Assembly: GCF_001017655.1 (NCBI RefSeq)
Contig: NZ_CP010904.1
Location: 690,001 to 722,000, forward strand
DNA length: 32,000 bases
Direction: 5' to 3'
Origin: Kiritimatiella glycovorans
Lineage (GTDB): Bacteria > Verrucomicrobiota > Kiritimatiellia > Kiritimatiellales > Kiritimatiellaceae
The notes under the pieces are model-generated. The model worked only from the letters and a program-made list of their open reading frames with translations, made no database searches and was not told the DNA's origin. A program made the translations under genes and the position numbers. Below are positions 8,881 to 16,955 of the stretch, one piece after another; the first letter of the stretch is position 1; each line of letters starts with the position of its first letter.

Positions 8881-8928
8881 AGGCTGCGTGGGGGGAGAGA
8901 TTGAGGGAGACCGGAAACCTAAGTAAAA
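8865..8928 (+). repeat. Repeat family B copy (degenerate), overlapping the aroK stop
   Basis: GAAGGCTGAGACCTGAAGGCTG ... GAGAGATTGAGGGAGACCGGAAACCTAAGTAAAAG. Confidence 0.6.
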
Positions 8929-9000
8929 GTGGTTCTTCGTGGATTTTTGTGGAACGACTGAAATCGTAGCGGCTGGATTAGAAATCCGCTTGCGTCACAA

Positions 9001-9080
9001 CGTACGCATACTCGTGCTCAGCGAAGCGGTACTCGTGCTCGATCTCTTGAATGGGATAAAGGATCGCGCCTTCGGCGCTC
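9001..9080 (-). repeat. Intergenic repeat family A, copy 3
   Basis: The plus strand reads CGTACGCATACTCGTGCTCAGCGAAGCGGTACTCGTGCTCGATCTCTTGAATGGGATAAAGGATCGCGCCTTCGGCGCTC. This is the reverse complement of the family A consensus. Confidence 0.8.
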
Positions 9081-9081
9081 C

Positions 9082-9116
9082 GAGTACGAGTACGAGTACG
9101 AGTAAGAGTAAGAATG
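9082..9116 (+). repeat. Hexamer tract (GAGTAC)3-GAGTAAGAGTAAGAATG
   Basis: Direct reading of the sequence. It uses the same GAGNNN word set as families A and B. Confidence 0.7.
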
Positions 9117-9135
9117 ATGTTCACCCCTTCATGCT

Positions 9136-9167
9136 CTTCAGCCATCAGGTTTCAGCCCTCTCACTCC
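9136..9167 (-). repeat. Repeat family B core, degenerate copy
   Basis: The reverse complement reads GGAGTGAGAGGGCTGAAACCTGATGGCTGAAG. Confidence 0.55.
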
Positions 9168-9199
9168 AGACCCTCCCCCATGCCTCCCCGATTATGTTC

Positions 9200-9208
9200 T
9201 GGTAAAAT
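9200..9208 (+). promoter_or_regulatory. Possible extended -10 promoter (TGgTAAAAT) for the GH97 gene
   Basis: TGGTAAAAT lies in the only AT-rich patch upstream of ATG 9272. There is no good -35. SD AAGGAG is at 9259-9264. Confidence 0.3.
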
Positions 9209-9271
9209 AAAAGGTGAACGTGACAATACTCCTGCGTAGGTTTTCGTTTCCCGACCGTAAGGAGCGTTCGA

Positions 9272-11233
9272 ATGAAAAAGCTGCTGTGTGTGCTGCTCGC
9301 GGGGTGCTGGGTCACGGGGCTCCCGGCGGGGGCGATCGATCTCTCTCTCAGCGCCGGAATGGCTTATCCCGGCGTCTGGCCGCAATTCCGCGGCGAAGTC
9401 TACCGTCATACCGTCATCAGTCCGCTGGGGCGGGTCAGCGCCGAGGTGGACGTGCATCCCGGTGGCCAGCTCACGATTCAGGTGCAGCGCGGCTGGGAGA
9501 CGGTGCTCCAGCGCTCGCCGATCGGAATCACGGTCGACGGGGTGGAGCTGGGCGACGACGTGAAGCTGGAGGTACTGAATCGCTACGCGGTGCGCGAGCG
9601 ATACGACACGCGGGGGCGCGCTTCGCGGGCGCGCCATCACGCCGACGGCCTGAGGCTCAAGGTATGGCACTACCCTTACGACGAGTACTGGGTGCTCGAC
9701 GTGCGCGCCTACGACACCGGCATCGCCTGGCGCTATCAGATCCCGGGCGAGGGGACGCACCGGGTCGTCGGCGAGGTCACCGCCTTCGATTTCCCGAGAA
9801 AGACCGTGTTCTGGGCGCAGGACGATCCGCATACCTTTGAAGCCGAATGGCGGCGCTGGCGCCTCGATCAGCATAAAGATCAGAAAACCGAATTCGGTCT
9901 TCCGGTGACGGCCGAGCTGCCCGACGGCCGGTTTGTGATGATTGCCGAGGCCGACGTGCTGCGTTACAGCGGCATGAGTCTGAGGCTGGATGAGGGCGGA
10001 CTGCTGCAGAGCCGCTTCATCCACGACCCGCAGGGCTGGACGATGGAGGGACCGTTCACGTCGCCGTGGCGCGTGGTGCTGGCGGCCGATCACCTCGATC
10101 AGCTCGTACAGTCGCGGGTGATCCATCACCTCGCTCCCGAACCGGACCGGCACCTGTTTCCCGAGGCGATGCGCACCGGGTGGCTGGAGCCCGGGACCTG
10201 CTACCGGCCGGAATGGGTTCATGGACGCGAGGGCGCCCGCTGGAACCGGCAGAAGGCGCTGGTGGATGAAGCTTCCTCTCTGGGGTGCGGGAGTTTCAGG
10301 GTCGGCGCGGGCTGGGAAGATCCGGAATTCGGCTGGGGGCGCGGAGACCGGCGCTGGGAACGCCTCCGCGAACTGGTGGAATATGCGGGCAACCGCGATA
10401 TCGGAGTCTGGATATCGGTGAGCACGGAAGAAGACCGGCGGTCCCGCCTTGAGAGTGCGGATGAGCGGAAGGCGTTCTTCGACCGCTGCGGGAAGGCGAT
10501 GGTCGAAGGGGTCACCTTTAACGGGTTGAGCGGCGAATCTCAGGACACATTGGCGTTGAGCATGCAGCTGCTCCGGGAGGCCGCGGCGCGGGAGCTGATG
10601 GTGAGTTTTCGTGATACGGGCAAAGCGGCGGGCCAGATGCGGACCTGGCCCAACGAGATGACGCGCGAAGCGATCCGGGGCCTCGATCACAACCGAAACG
10701 AGGGCTACGCGTTGCCCGCGTCGCAATACTGCGTGTATCCGTTCACCCGGCTCATCGCGGGTCCGGCCGACTTCAGTCCGATGACCCTGCGCCCGGACCG
10801 TATGGGCGATACCACGGCGGGACTGCAGTTCGCCTCGGCGGTGATTTTCAGCTCGCCGGTGCACGCCTGGGCGGATTCAACGGACGTCTATCGCGAAAGC
10901 CTCGCCTTCGACATGATGCGTGCCATGCCCGTGAGCTGGGATGAGACGCGGGCGATCGCGGGAAGCGAGATCGGGCGGGTGGCGGCGTTCGCGCGCCGCA
11001 AGGGCGAAGAGTGGTGGGTAGCGGTCATGAACGGCACCGACGAGGCCTTCGAGTATTCGCTCGGCACGTTCTTCCTGAAAGACGGCCACTGGCAGGCCAC
11101 GATCCTGCATGAAGCCGAGGACGACCCGCATAAGCTGGCCCGCGCCGTGACCGAAGTGCGGGCCCTGCATGACCCGCTGCTGATCAAGGTCCACGCCCAC
11201 GGCGGATTCGTGGCGCGATTCGTACGGAAATAG
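9272..11233 (+). CDS. Glycoside hydrolase family 97-like protein (secreted)
   Basis: Signal peptide MKKLLCVLLAGCWVTGLPAGA. The N-domain pattern (SPLGRVSAEVDV..GQLTIQV, SPIGITVDG, LDVRAYDTGIAWRYQIP) and MTREAIRGLDHN resemble what I recall of GH97 signatures. SD AAGGAG is upstream. Confidence 0.7.
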   Translation: MKKLLCVLLAGCWVTGLPAGAIDLSLSAGMAYPGVWPQFRGEVYRHTVISPLGRVSAEVDVHPGGQLTIQVQRGWETVLQRSPIGITVDGVELGDDVKLEVLNRYAVRERYDTRGRASRARHHADGLRLKVWHYPYDEYWVLDVRAYDTGIAWRYQIPGEGTHRVVGEVTAFDFPRKTVFWAQDDPHTFEAEWRRWRLDQHKDQKTEFGLPVTAELPDGRFVMIAEADVLRYSGMSLRLDEGGLLQSRFIHDPQGWTMEGPFTSPWRVVLAADHLDQLVQSRVIHHLAPEPDRHLFPEAMRTGWLEPGTCYRPEWVHGREGARWNRQKALVDEASSLGCGSFRVGAGWEDPEFGWGRGDRRWERLRELVEYAGNRDIGVWISVSTEEDRRSRLESADERKAFFDRCGKAMVEGVTFNGLSGESQDTLALSMQLLREAAARELMVSFRDTGKAAGQMRTWPNEMTREAIRGLDHNRNEGYALPASQYCVYPFTRLIAGPADFSPMTLRPDRMGDTTAGLQFASAVIFSSPVHAWADSTDVYRESLAFDMMRAMPVSWDETRAIAGSEIGRVAAFARRKGEEWWVAVMNGTDEAFEYSLGTFFLKDGHWQATILHEAEDDPHKLARAVTEVRALHDPLLIKVHAHGGFVARFVRK

Positions 11234-11286
11234 TGAATCGGGCTATTCCAGGGGAAGAGTCATTCCAAAAAAATGGACTCCGTCTT

Positions 11287-12549
11287 TTACGCGGACGGCC
11301 GGTTATACTCGCGCACGGCGTCCAGCATAGCGACGAGGTTTTCCACGGGGGTCCGCGCCTGGACATTATGGATCGTATTAAAGACGAATCCGCCCTGTTG
11401 GCCGAAGATCCGGCAACGTTCCGCCACCTGCCGCCTCACGTCCTCCGGTGAGCCGAAGGGCAGCGTGTGCTGGGTATCCACGCCCCCGCCCCAGAAAGTC
11501 ATTTGATCGCCGTACGAATCCTTCAGGTGCTGCGGGTCCATGCCTTCGGCGGAGCACTGCACCGGGTTCAGAATATCGAAGCCGGATTCGATCAGGTCGG
11601 GAATCAGCGGGTCCACCGCCCCGCATGAGTGCTTAAAAGTCTTCCAGGGGGTGTGCTCGTGAATCCAGTCGTTCACCCGCTTGTAGTAGGGGAGCCACAG
11701 TTCGCGGTAATCCTCGCGCGAGCAGAACTGGCCCTTCTGCGTACCGAAGTCGGTGCCGCAGATGAAGACCGCATCGACCTTGTCGCCGGCCACCGGCGCG
11801 AGCTTCTCCAGGTTGCCGATGGCGATATCGCACTGCTTCTGAAAGATTTCATGGACATAGTCCCGGCGGATCACGAGTGACATGTACCATTCCTCGATAT
11901 CGCGGATACCCTTCGGGTGCTTGAGCATGGGGCCGGGGACCAGTGCGATGTCTCCGAAGGCGGTGCCGCCGAAATTCGCGATCACGGACCGACCGGTCGC
12001 GGCGGCGCGGTCGATCTCGCCGCGCCAGTATTCAAGATCCTCTTCGCCGACGGGGGCGAACTCCTGAAGGTTGTCCTCGGGATTCAGGCGGTCGTCGTCG
12101 ATCTCCTCCTGGCGGATGATCGTGTCGAAAAAGAACGCCGCGTTCGCCATTTTCGCACAGGGTGGCGCGGAGGTGTCTCCTTCGGGATATATGAGGATGT
12201 CGCCGTTCGGCTCCGTCGTGGTGTTGAAATCGCCGGGCACCAGGACATCCTGCCCCCAGGGGGTACGCCATTCCTTCCAGTTCCCCGCAGGGAATCCGAA
12301 CATGGTTCCGCTGGGCGCCGCGGGCACGACGTCCACATCCAGCACGTCCATCAGGTCCGGTTCGATTTCGCCGAGCATCTGGTAGGGTTCAGTGACCCTG
12401 ACCGGATGGCGATCCAGTCCGAAATGTTCACGGAGCGCCGCCACCACGGAGACGTGGATTCCGGTCACCGCCGTAGCTCCGAAGTCCACCGGCAATTTTT
12501 CCGGAGTCCGGTGATTCAATGCATCCTGTACACAACGCCGACGATCCAT
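11287..12549 (-). CDS. Uroporphyrinogen decarboxylase (URO-D) family protein, function unknown
   Basis: The C-terminal half (HSCGAVDPLIPDLIESGFDILNPVQ, FWGGGVDTQHTLPFGSPEDVRRQV, GGFVFNTIHNVQARTPVENLVA) fits the URO-D/MtaA-like TIM barrel. ATG 12549 is preceded by AAGGAGAG. The track start at 12552 is GTG. Confidence 0.75.
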   Translation of the reverse strand: MDRRRCVQDALNHRTPEKLPVDFGATAVTGIHVSVVAALREHFGLDRHPVRVTEPYQMLGEIEPDLMDVLDVDVVPAAPSGTMFGFPAGNWKEWRTPWGQDVLVPGDFNTTTEPNGDILIYPEGDTSAPPCAKMANAAFFFDTIIRQEEIDDDRLNPEDNLQEFAPVGEEDLEYWRGEIDRAAATGRSVIANFGGTAFGDIALVPGPMLKHPKGIRDIEEWYMSLVIRRDYVHEIFQKQCDIAIGNLEKLAPVAGDKVDAVFICGTDFGTQKGQFCSREDYRELWLPYYKRVNDWIHEHTPWKTFKHSCGAVDPLIPDLIESGFDILNPVQCSAEGMDPQHLKDSYGDQMTFWGGGVDTQHTLPFGSPEDVRRQVAERCRIFGQQGGFVFNTIHNVQARTPVENLVAMLDAVREYNRPSA

Positions 12550-12785
12550 CACAATCTCTCCTTTTCAGCGGTTCATCCTGTAGAAACCGGGCGCCCATTA
12601 TCCTTTGCGGGACCGACCGGGTCAAGCCCGCACGCTTTTCGGGAGTTTCCCCGGAAAAAACCGCTTCATTCCAAAAAGACTGGATCACGGTTGTGGGACA
12701 TGGTAGTCAGGAACGCTTCACCCGATCACGAGCCGACGTCTCACGCGAGGCGGTAGAGTGGAACATTCAACCCCGGATATCGACC

Positions 12786-13424
12786 ATGCAGATTGAGACC
12801 CTCGCCACCGGACCTTTCGAAGTCAACTGTTACCTGGTCACGGGGGACGATACCCACGCACTCGTCATTGACCCCGGTGCGGGAGGGGAACGCATCGACC
12901 GCGTGCTCAGGGAAAAGAAATGGGAGGTTGCGGCGTACCTGATTACGCACGGTCACGCCGACCACCTCAACGCGCTCGGCGGACTCCACCGTCGCCGTCG
13001 CGCCCCTGTGGCGATGCATCCCGCCGACGCGGAGTGGGCCTTTGACGACCGCAACCAGATCCCGGGGTATTACGGGGTTCCGGAGCGGCCGGACACCATC
13101 GAACGCGAATTGGCCGACGGTCAGATCTGGGAAGACGCGGGACTGCGCTACAGGATCATAACGACCCCCGGCCACTCCCCCGGCGGAGTATGCTTTCACT
13201 TTGAGGATGAACAGGTACTCTTTTCCGGCGACACGCTGTTTCAGGGCAGCGTCGGGCGGACGGACCTGCCTTCCGGCGATGCGAAGGTGCTGAGCGATTC
13301 GCTGAAGAAACTGCTCGCCCGGGTCGGAGACCGGTGCCGCGTCCACCCCGGTCACGGCGCCCCCACCACGATCGGCGCCGAGAAAAAAAGCAACTTCTTC
13401 CTTCAGCGCCTGCCGGCGATCTGA
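12786..13424 (+). CDS. MBL-fold metallo-hydrolase (glyoxalase II-like)
   Basis: MQIETLATGPFEVNCYLV and the ITHGHADH metal motif, then TPGHSPGG and GDTLF. The part of the track ORF upstream of ATG 12786 overlaps the divergent promoter region. Confidence 0.85.
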   Translation: MQIETLATGPFEVNCYLVTGDDTHALVIDPGAGGERIDRVLREKKWEVAAYLITHGHADHLNALGGLHRRRRAPVAMHPADAEWAFDDRNQIPGYYGVPERPDTIERELADGQIWEDAGLRYRIITTPGHSPGGVCFHFEDEQVLFSGDTLFQGSVGRTDLPSGDAKVLSDSLKKLLARVGDRCRVHPGHGAPTTIGAEKKSNFFLQRLPAI

Positions 13425-13556
13425 TCGCCCGGAACAGCTTTCTGTTCATACATGCGTGATCGTTAACGAAGTCCGCGGCTCTCCTCAGCGAGGGGCGCGG
13501 AGGATGCCGGGCGGGACGGGCGAACGCCGCCCGTCCCTGTGGCTGAACCTTCGCGT

Positions 13557-14753
13557 TCAGCCACCGACCGGGGCACGGAGCGCGAGCCCCATGATCAGCG
13601 CCAGCACGGCCAGCACGACCGCCGTGCCGCCGGCGACTTTCATGCTATCCTTGATCGTCCTGCCCTCGCCGCTGGAGATCGCGCCCATCCACGCCGGCAG
13701 GAAGATCGCGCCGACCAGCCCCACCGCGAAAATCAGGCCGAAGGCCGAACCGCGCAGCTCGGCGGCGGTACGCGAGAGTGTGACGCCGATCACCGTGGGA
13801 AACACCGGAGCGAATACCAGTCCGGTTATGATCACGGCAAGCGAGGCTGCGCCGAGCGCATGGATTTTCACCATGGAGAACAGGGTGATTGCGGCGACAA
13901 GGCCCAGCCCGAGAATGAACCACGGTCCCGCGAGATCCAGGCTCGTTCCCATGCCGATGAAGATTCGCGCCACCACCAGCGAAGCAAGCAGGCGTCCGGC
14001 CATGACGGCGACCCAGAAACCGGACAGGGCGCGCGAGGCGCGTTCTTCCGTCGCGCCCAGGTGACTCATATAGGTGGTGATCCAGCCCCCCATGGATACC
14101 TCGAGGGCGATGTAGCACATCAGCGCGAGAGCGCCGAGAATGATGTGGGGTTGCATAATCAGTTCCGCCGCCTTGGCCATGCTGAATCCGGTGGGCGGCT
14201 CGGGAAAGGTCCCGAAGATCGCGAACACCACAGGCACGAGAATAATGCAGGCCAGTGCCGTCAGGGTGGCGGCATACGTCGTTTTGCGGAACAGCCAGGC
14301 CGTGATCAGCGGCACGCAGAAGGCGCCGATACCGAAAAAGACATTACCGAAATTATTGGAGGTGCTGGCGTCTTCGAAGAGGATCGATTCGTACGTGAGC
14401 ATGGTGTTGCCCACGGAGTTCATGAACATGCCGCCGATTCCGAGCAGCACGCAGCCGAGGATCGCGGCGCCGTATTTGTTTGCCTTGCCGAACAGAAAAA
14501 TAGCCAGCGCGCCGAGCACATACCCCATAATCGCCACGGCCTTGAACCCCATCTTGTCGCACAGCATGCCCGCCAGGAGCACGAAGATCAGGTTGCTGAA
14601 ATTGTAGACCGAAAAGAGTCGCCCCATGCGGGCATCGTCGATGCCGAGGTTCCGGGTCAGTCTGAGTTTAACCGAGCCCAGCAGCGCCATGGTCATTCCC
14701 AGGCCGAAAACGCTGGTAATCGCCACAATCGTCGCAAATAACATCGAATCCAT
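13557..14753 (-). CDS. MFS transporter
   Basis: About 12 hydrophobic segments and an MFS-type loop (LLAGMLCDKMGFK). ATG 14753 is preceded by GAAGGAGG. The track start at 14777 is TTG. Confidence 0.85.
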   Translation of the reverse strand: MDSMLFATIVAITSVFGLGMTMALLGSVKLRLTRNLGIDDARMGRLFSVYNFSNLIFVLLAGMLCDKMGFKAVAIMGYVLGALAIFLFGKANKYGAAILGCVLLGIGGMFMNSVGNTMLTYESILFEDASTSNNFGNVFFGIGAFCVPLITAWLFRKTTYAATLTALACIILVPVVFAIFGTFPEPPTGFSMAKAAELIMQPHIILGALALMCYIALEVSMGGWITTYMSHLGATEERASRALSGFWVAVMAGRLLASLVVARIFIGMGTSLDLAGPWFILGLGLVAAITLFSMVKIHALGAASLAVIITGLVFAPVFPTVIGVTLSRTAAELRGSAFGLIFAVGLVGAIFLPAWMGAISSGEGRTIKDSMKVAGGTAVVLAVLALIMGLALRAPVGG

Positions 14754-14837
14754 CTCACCGCCTCCTTCTTTGAACAAGCAGGGTATTTCCTGCCTTTTGG
14801 AAGCGGGAGTCTAAATCGTGTGCCGAATATTTACAAA

Positions 14838-14843
14838 TTATAA
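14838..14843 (-). promoter_or_regulatory. Possible -10 box (TATAAT on the minus strand) for the MFS gene
   Basis: A perfect TATAAT lies in the AT-rich patch GAATATTTACAAATTATAAACTGAAA, about 85 nt upstream of ATG 14753. I found no convincing -35. Confidence 0.3.
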
Positions 14844-14896
14844 ACTGAAACCCCGTTGTTCCTGAATTCAACATTGGGACAGCCCGGTAATATCGG

Positions 14897-14985
14897 ACTC
14901 TTACTCAGCGGAGCGCTTCTCGTACTCGATTTCTTGAATCGGGGCTGTGGGATCGCACCTTCGGCGCTCCGAGTACGCGTACGTA
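14897..14985 (-). repeat. Intergenic repeat family A, copy 4
   Basis: The plus strand reads GACTCTTACTCAGCGGAGCGCTTCTCGTACTCGATTTCTTGAATCGGGGCTGTGGGATCGCACCTTCGGCGCTCCGAGTACGCGTACGTA. This is the reverse complement of the family A consensus. Confidence 0.8.
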
Positions 14986-15150
14986 TCATGTGCTCTATGA
15001 CCCGGAGGTGAAGCCCGGTTTCGATTCTATTTTACTCTGATTCCTCCTCCTCCCCGAACCAACCTACACGTGCACCCCCTGGAGGCTGTGTTTTTGGGTA
15101 AAGCCTTGATTTCCCGGTCTGAATCCGTACCCTGACGACTCATTTTCTAC

Positions 15151-15207
15151 GGTGGATGTAGCTCAGTTGGTTAGAGTCCTGCTGTCCAGCAGGATGGCCT
15201 TGGAGGC
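15151..15207 (+). pseudogene. Truncated, diverged tRNA-His copy 1 (acceptor 5' strand and D-arm, foreign hairpin, remnant of anticodon 3' stem and variable loop)
   Basis: GGTGGATGTAGCTCAGTTGGTTAGAG matches the real tRNA. It is followed by the hairpin TCCTGCTGTCCAGCAGGA and then TGGCCTTGGAGGC (real tRNA: TGGCCCTGGAGGC). The T-arm and acceptor 3' strand are absent. Confidence 0.8.
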
Positions 15208-15272
15208 TGTGTTTTTGGGTAAAGCCTTGATTTCCCGGTCTGAATCCGTACCCTGATCGATTCATTTTCTAC

Positions 15273-15329
15273 GGTGGATGTAGCTCAGTTGGTTAGAGTC
15301 CTGCTGTCCAGCAGGATGGCCTTGGAGGC
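15273..15329 (+). pseudogene. Truncated, diverged tRNA-His copy 2
   Basis: Identical in sequence to copy 1. Confidence 0.8.
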
Positions 15330-15348
15330 TGTGTTTTTGGGTAAAGCC

Positions 15349-15376
15349 TTGATTTCCCGGTCTGAATCCGTACCCT
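15349..15376 (+). promoter_or_regulatory. Putative sigma70-like promoter TTGATT-N16-TACCCT for tRNA-His (also present in each repeat unit)
   Basis: TTGATT is at 15349-15354 and TACCCT at 15371-15376, about 19 nt before the tRNA. The same pair occurs at 15106-15133 and 15227-15254. Confidence 0.4.
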
Positions 15377-15394
15377 GATCGATTCATTTTCTAC

Positions 15395-15472
15395 GGTGGA
15401 TGTAGCTCAGTTGGTTAGAGCGCCAGGTTGTGGCCCTGGAGGCCGCGGGTTCAAATCCCGTCATTCACCCCA
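15395..15472 (+). tRNA. tRNA-His (anticodon GTG) with encoded G-1 and CCA
   Basis: Hand-folded cloverleaf. Acceptor is GTGGATG/CATTCAC. D-arm is GCTC-AGTTGGTTA-GAGC. Anticodon arm is CCAGG-TTGTGGC-CCTGG. T-arm is GCGGG-TTCAAAT-CCCGT. The extra 5' G (15395) opposite discriminator C is the tRNA-His hallmark. CCA is at 15470-15472. Confidence 0.93.
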
Positions 15473-15497
15473 TGTTCCTCAACGGTTCGATCCAGCC

Positions 15498-15758
15498 GTG
15501 TATTTCGTATATATCCTCTACTGTCCGGAGACGGGCTTGTCCTACGTCGGGCACACCAGCCACCTGATCCTTCGCTACTACGAGCATCGGGACGGGATGA
15601 GTCGTTGGACGCGGCGGATGCGATCGCCTTTCCTGGTCTACTGGGAGCATTTTGAATCGCGTTCCGAGGCGATGCGCAGGGAGAAGTATTTCAAGCACGG
15701 CTGCGGTTTCCGTGTGCGGGGGGAGATTATTCAGCGGTTTACGGTGGAGTGGATGTAG
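15498..15758 (+). CDS. GIY-YIG domain protein (COG2827/UPF0213-like small putative nuclease)
   Basis: YFVYILYCPETGLSYVGHTSHLILRYYEH..G and a later RREKYFK fit the GIY-YIG core. The only in-frame start after the tRNA is GTG 15498. The part of the track ORF from 15396 overlaps the tRNA. Confidence 0.7.
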   Translation: MYFVYILYCPETGLSYVGHTSHLILRYYEHRDGMSRWTRRMRSPFLVYWEHFESRSEAMRREKYFKHGCGFRVRGEIIQRFTVEWM

Positions 15759-15821
15759 CTCTCACGCATCGCGCGCAAAAATCGGATTCCAACCGCGTCC
15801 GGGATGCATTAAGTTCGATCC

Positions 15822-16955
15822 ATGGATCGACGGCCCTATGTCCTGCACGTGATCACCCGTATCGACGGGGGCGGTTCGGCCGTCAATACGATGCTCAGCA
15901 TCGACGGGTTGTCGCAACGCGGCCGGCGCGTGAGGCTGATCACGGGATCGGCGCCGCCGGAGACGGCGCGACGCGGGGACGTGACGATCCTTCCCGCCCT
16001 TCGACGCGATATCCATCCGTGGCATGACCTGCGTGCGCTTTTCGGTCTCGTGCGCCTCATCGGCCACGAACGTCCCGATATCCTCCACGTGCATTCGTCC
16101 AAGGCGGGGCTGCTCGGAAGGATCGCGGGCCGGTGGTGCCGCGTGCCCCGCATCGTCTATACGCCGCACGGGCACGTCTTCGGCGGCTATTTCTCCCCGC
16201 CGGTCGCGCGTTTCTATCTCGCACTCGAACGCTGGGCGGCGGGATTCACGGACCGGCTGGTCGCGCTTACGGCCACGGAGCGTGACGAGGAACTCGCACT
16301 GAACATCGGACGGGAATCCCGGTACGCCGTGATCCCCAGCGGGGTGGACCTCGGGCGCTATGCCGGACCGGGGCCCGGCCCGGAGGCGCGGCGGCGCTTC
16401 GGCGTGCCGGAGGACGCGACGGCGTTCGGAACACTTGCACGCCTGGAACCGGTGAAAGGCGTGGACATCGCGCTTCGCGGGTTCGCCGCCGCACGCGAGA
16501 AAAACCGGGATCTCTTCTTTCTTGTGGCGGGCGACGGGGCGGAACGCTCCGCGCTGGAACGCCTCGCGGATGAACTGGGCGTCCGAGATCACGTTCTCTT
16601 CACGGGTTGGACCGGTGACCCCCGCGCTTTTTTCGGCGCGATCGACGGGTTCGTGCTCGCCTCGCGCAACGAGGGGATGGGCCGGGCCGCCGTCGAGGCG
16701 TCGGCCGCCGGTCTGCCGGTCATCGCCTCCGCAGTCGGAGGGCTCAACGACGTGGTGGCGGGCGGGGAAACGGGGCTGCTGTTCCCTCCGGAGTCGGCGG
16801 ACGAACTCGGGGCCGCCATGCTGGAACTGGCGGGCGACCCGGATCGGAGGCGGAAGATGGGCGCGGCGGGCCGGGCCCGGGCCGGCTTGTTCAGTCTGGA
16901 GGCGATGATCGACGGGCTGGAGCGGCTGTACGACGATCTGGAGCGCGAACGATGA
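15822..16955 (+). CDS. Glycosyltransferase family 4 (GT-B)
   Basis: N-terminal VLHVITRIDGGGSA, HVHSSKAG, and the C-terminal EGMGRAAVEASAAGLPVIASAVGGLNDVV..GETGLL (E-x7-E region). Confidence 0.88.
   Translation: MDRRPYVLHVITRIDGGGSAVNTMLSIDGLSQRGRRVRLITGSAPPETARRGDVTILPALRRDIHPWHDLRALFGLVRLIGHERPDILHVHSSKAGLLGRIAGRWCRVPRIVYTPHGHVFGGYFSPPVARFYLALERWAAGFTDRLVALTATERDEELALNIGRESRYAVIPSGVDLGRYAGPGPGPEARRRFGVPEDATAFGTLARLEPVKGVDIALRGFAAAREKNRDLFFLVAGDGAERSALERLADELGVRDHVLFTGWTGDPRAFFGAIDGFVLASRNEGMGRAAVEASAAGLPVIASAVGGLNDVVAGGETGLLFPPESADELGAAMLELAGDPDRRRKMGAAGRARAGLFSLEAMIDGLERLYDDLERER

Larger units (their letters stand above)
15078..15443 (+). repeat. Tandem triplication (121/122/about 114 bp) of the tRNA-His upstream region plus the 5' part of the tRNA
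   Basis: TGGAGGCTGTGTTTTTGGGTAAAGCCTTGATTTCCCGGTCTGAATCCGTACCCTGA..CATTTTCTACGGTGGATGTAGCTCAGTTGGTTAGAG starts at 15080, 15201 and 15323. The units are nearly identical, differing only at CTGACGACTC versus CTGATCGATTC. Confidence 0.9.

Noticed and set aside
15078-15800. Integrated mobile element or prophage at tRNA-His.
   Set aside because: No integrase, excisionase or phage genes follow. The duplicated segment is the 5' side plus promoter rather than a 3' att core. Downstream genes are ordinary glycosyltransferases with the same composition.
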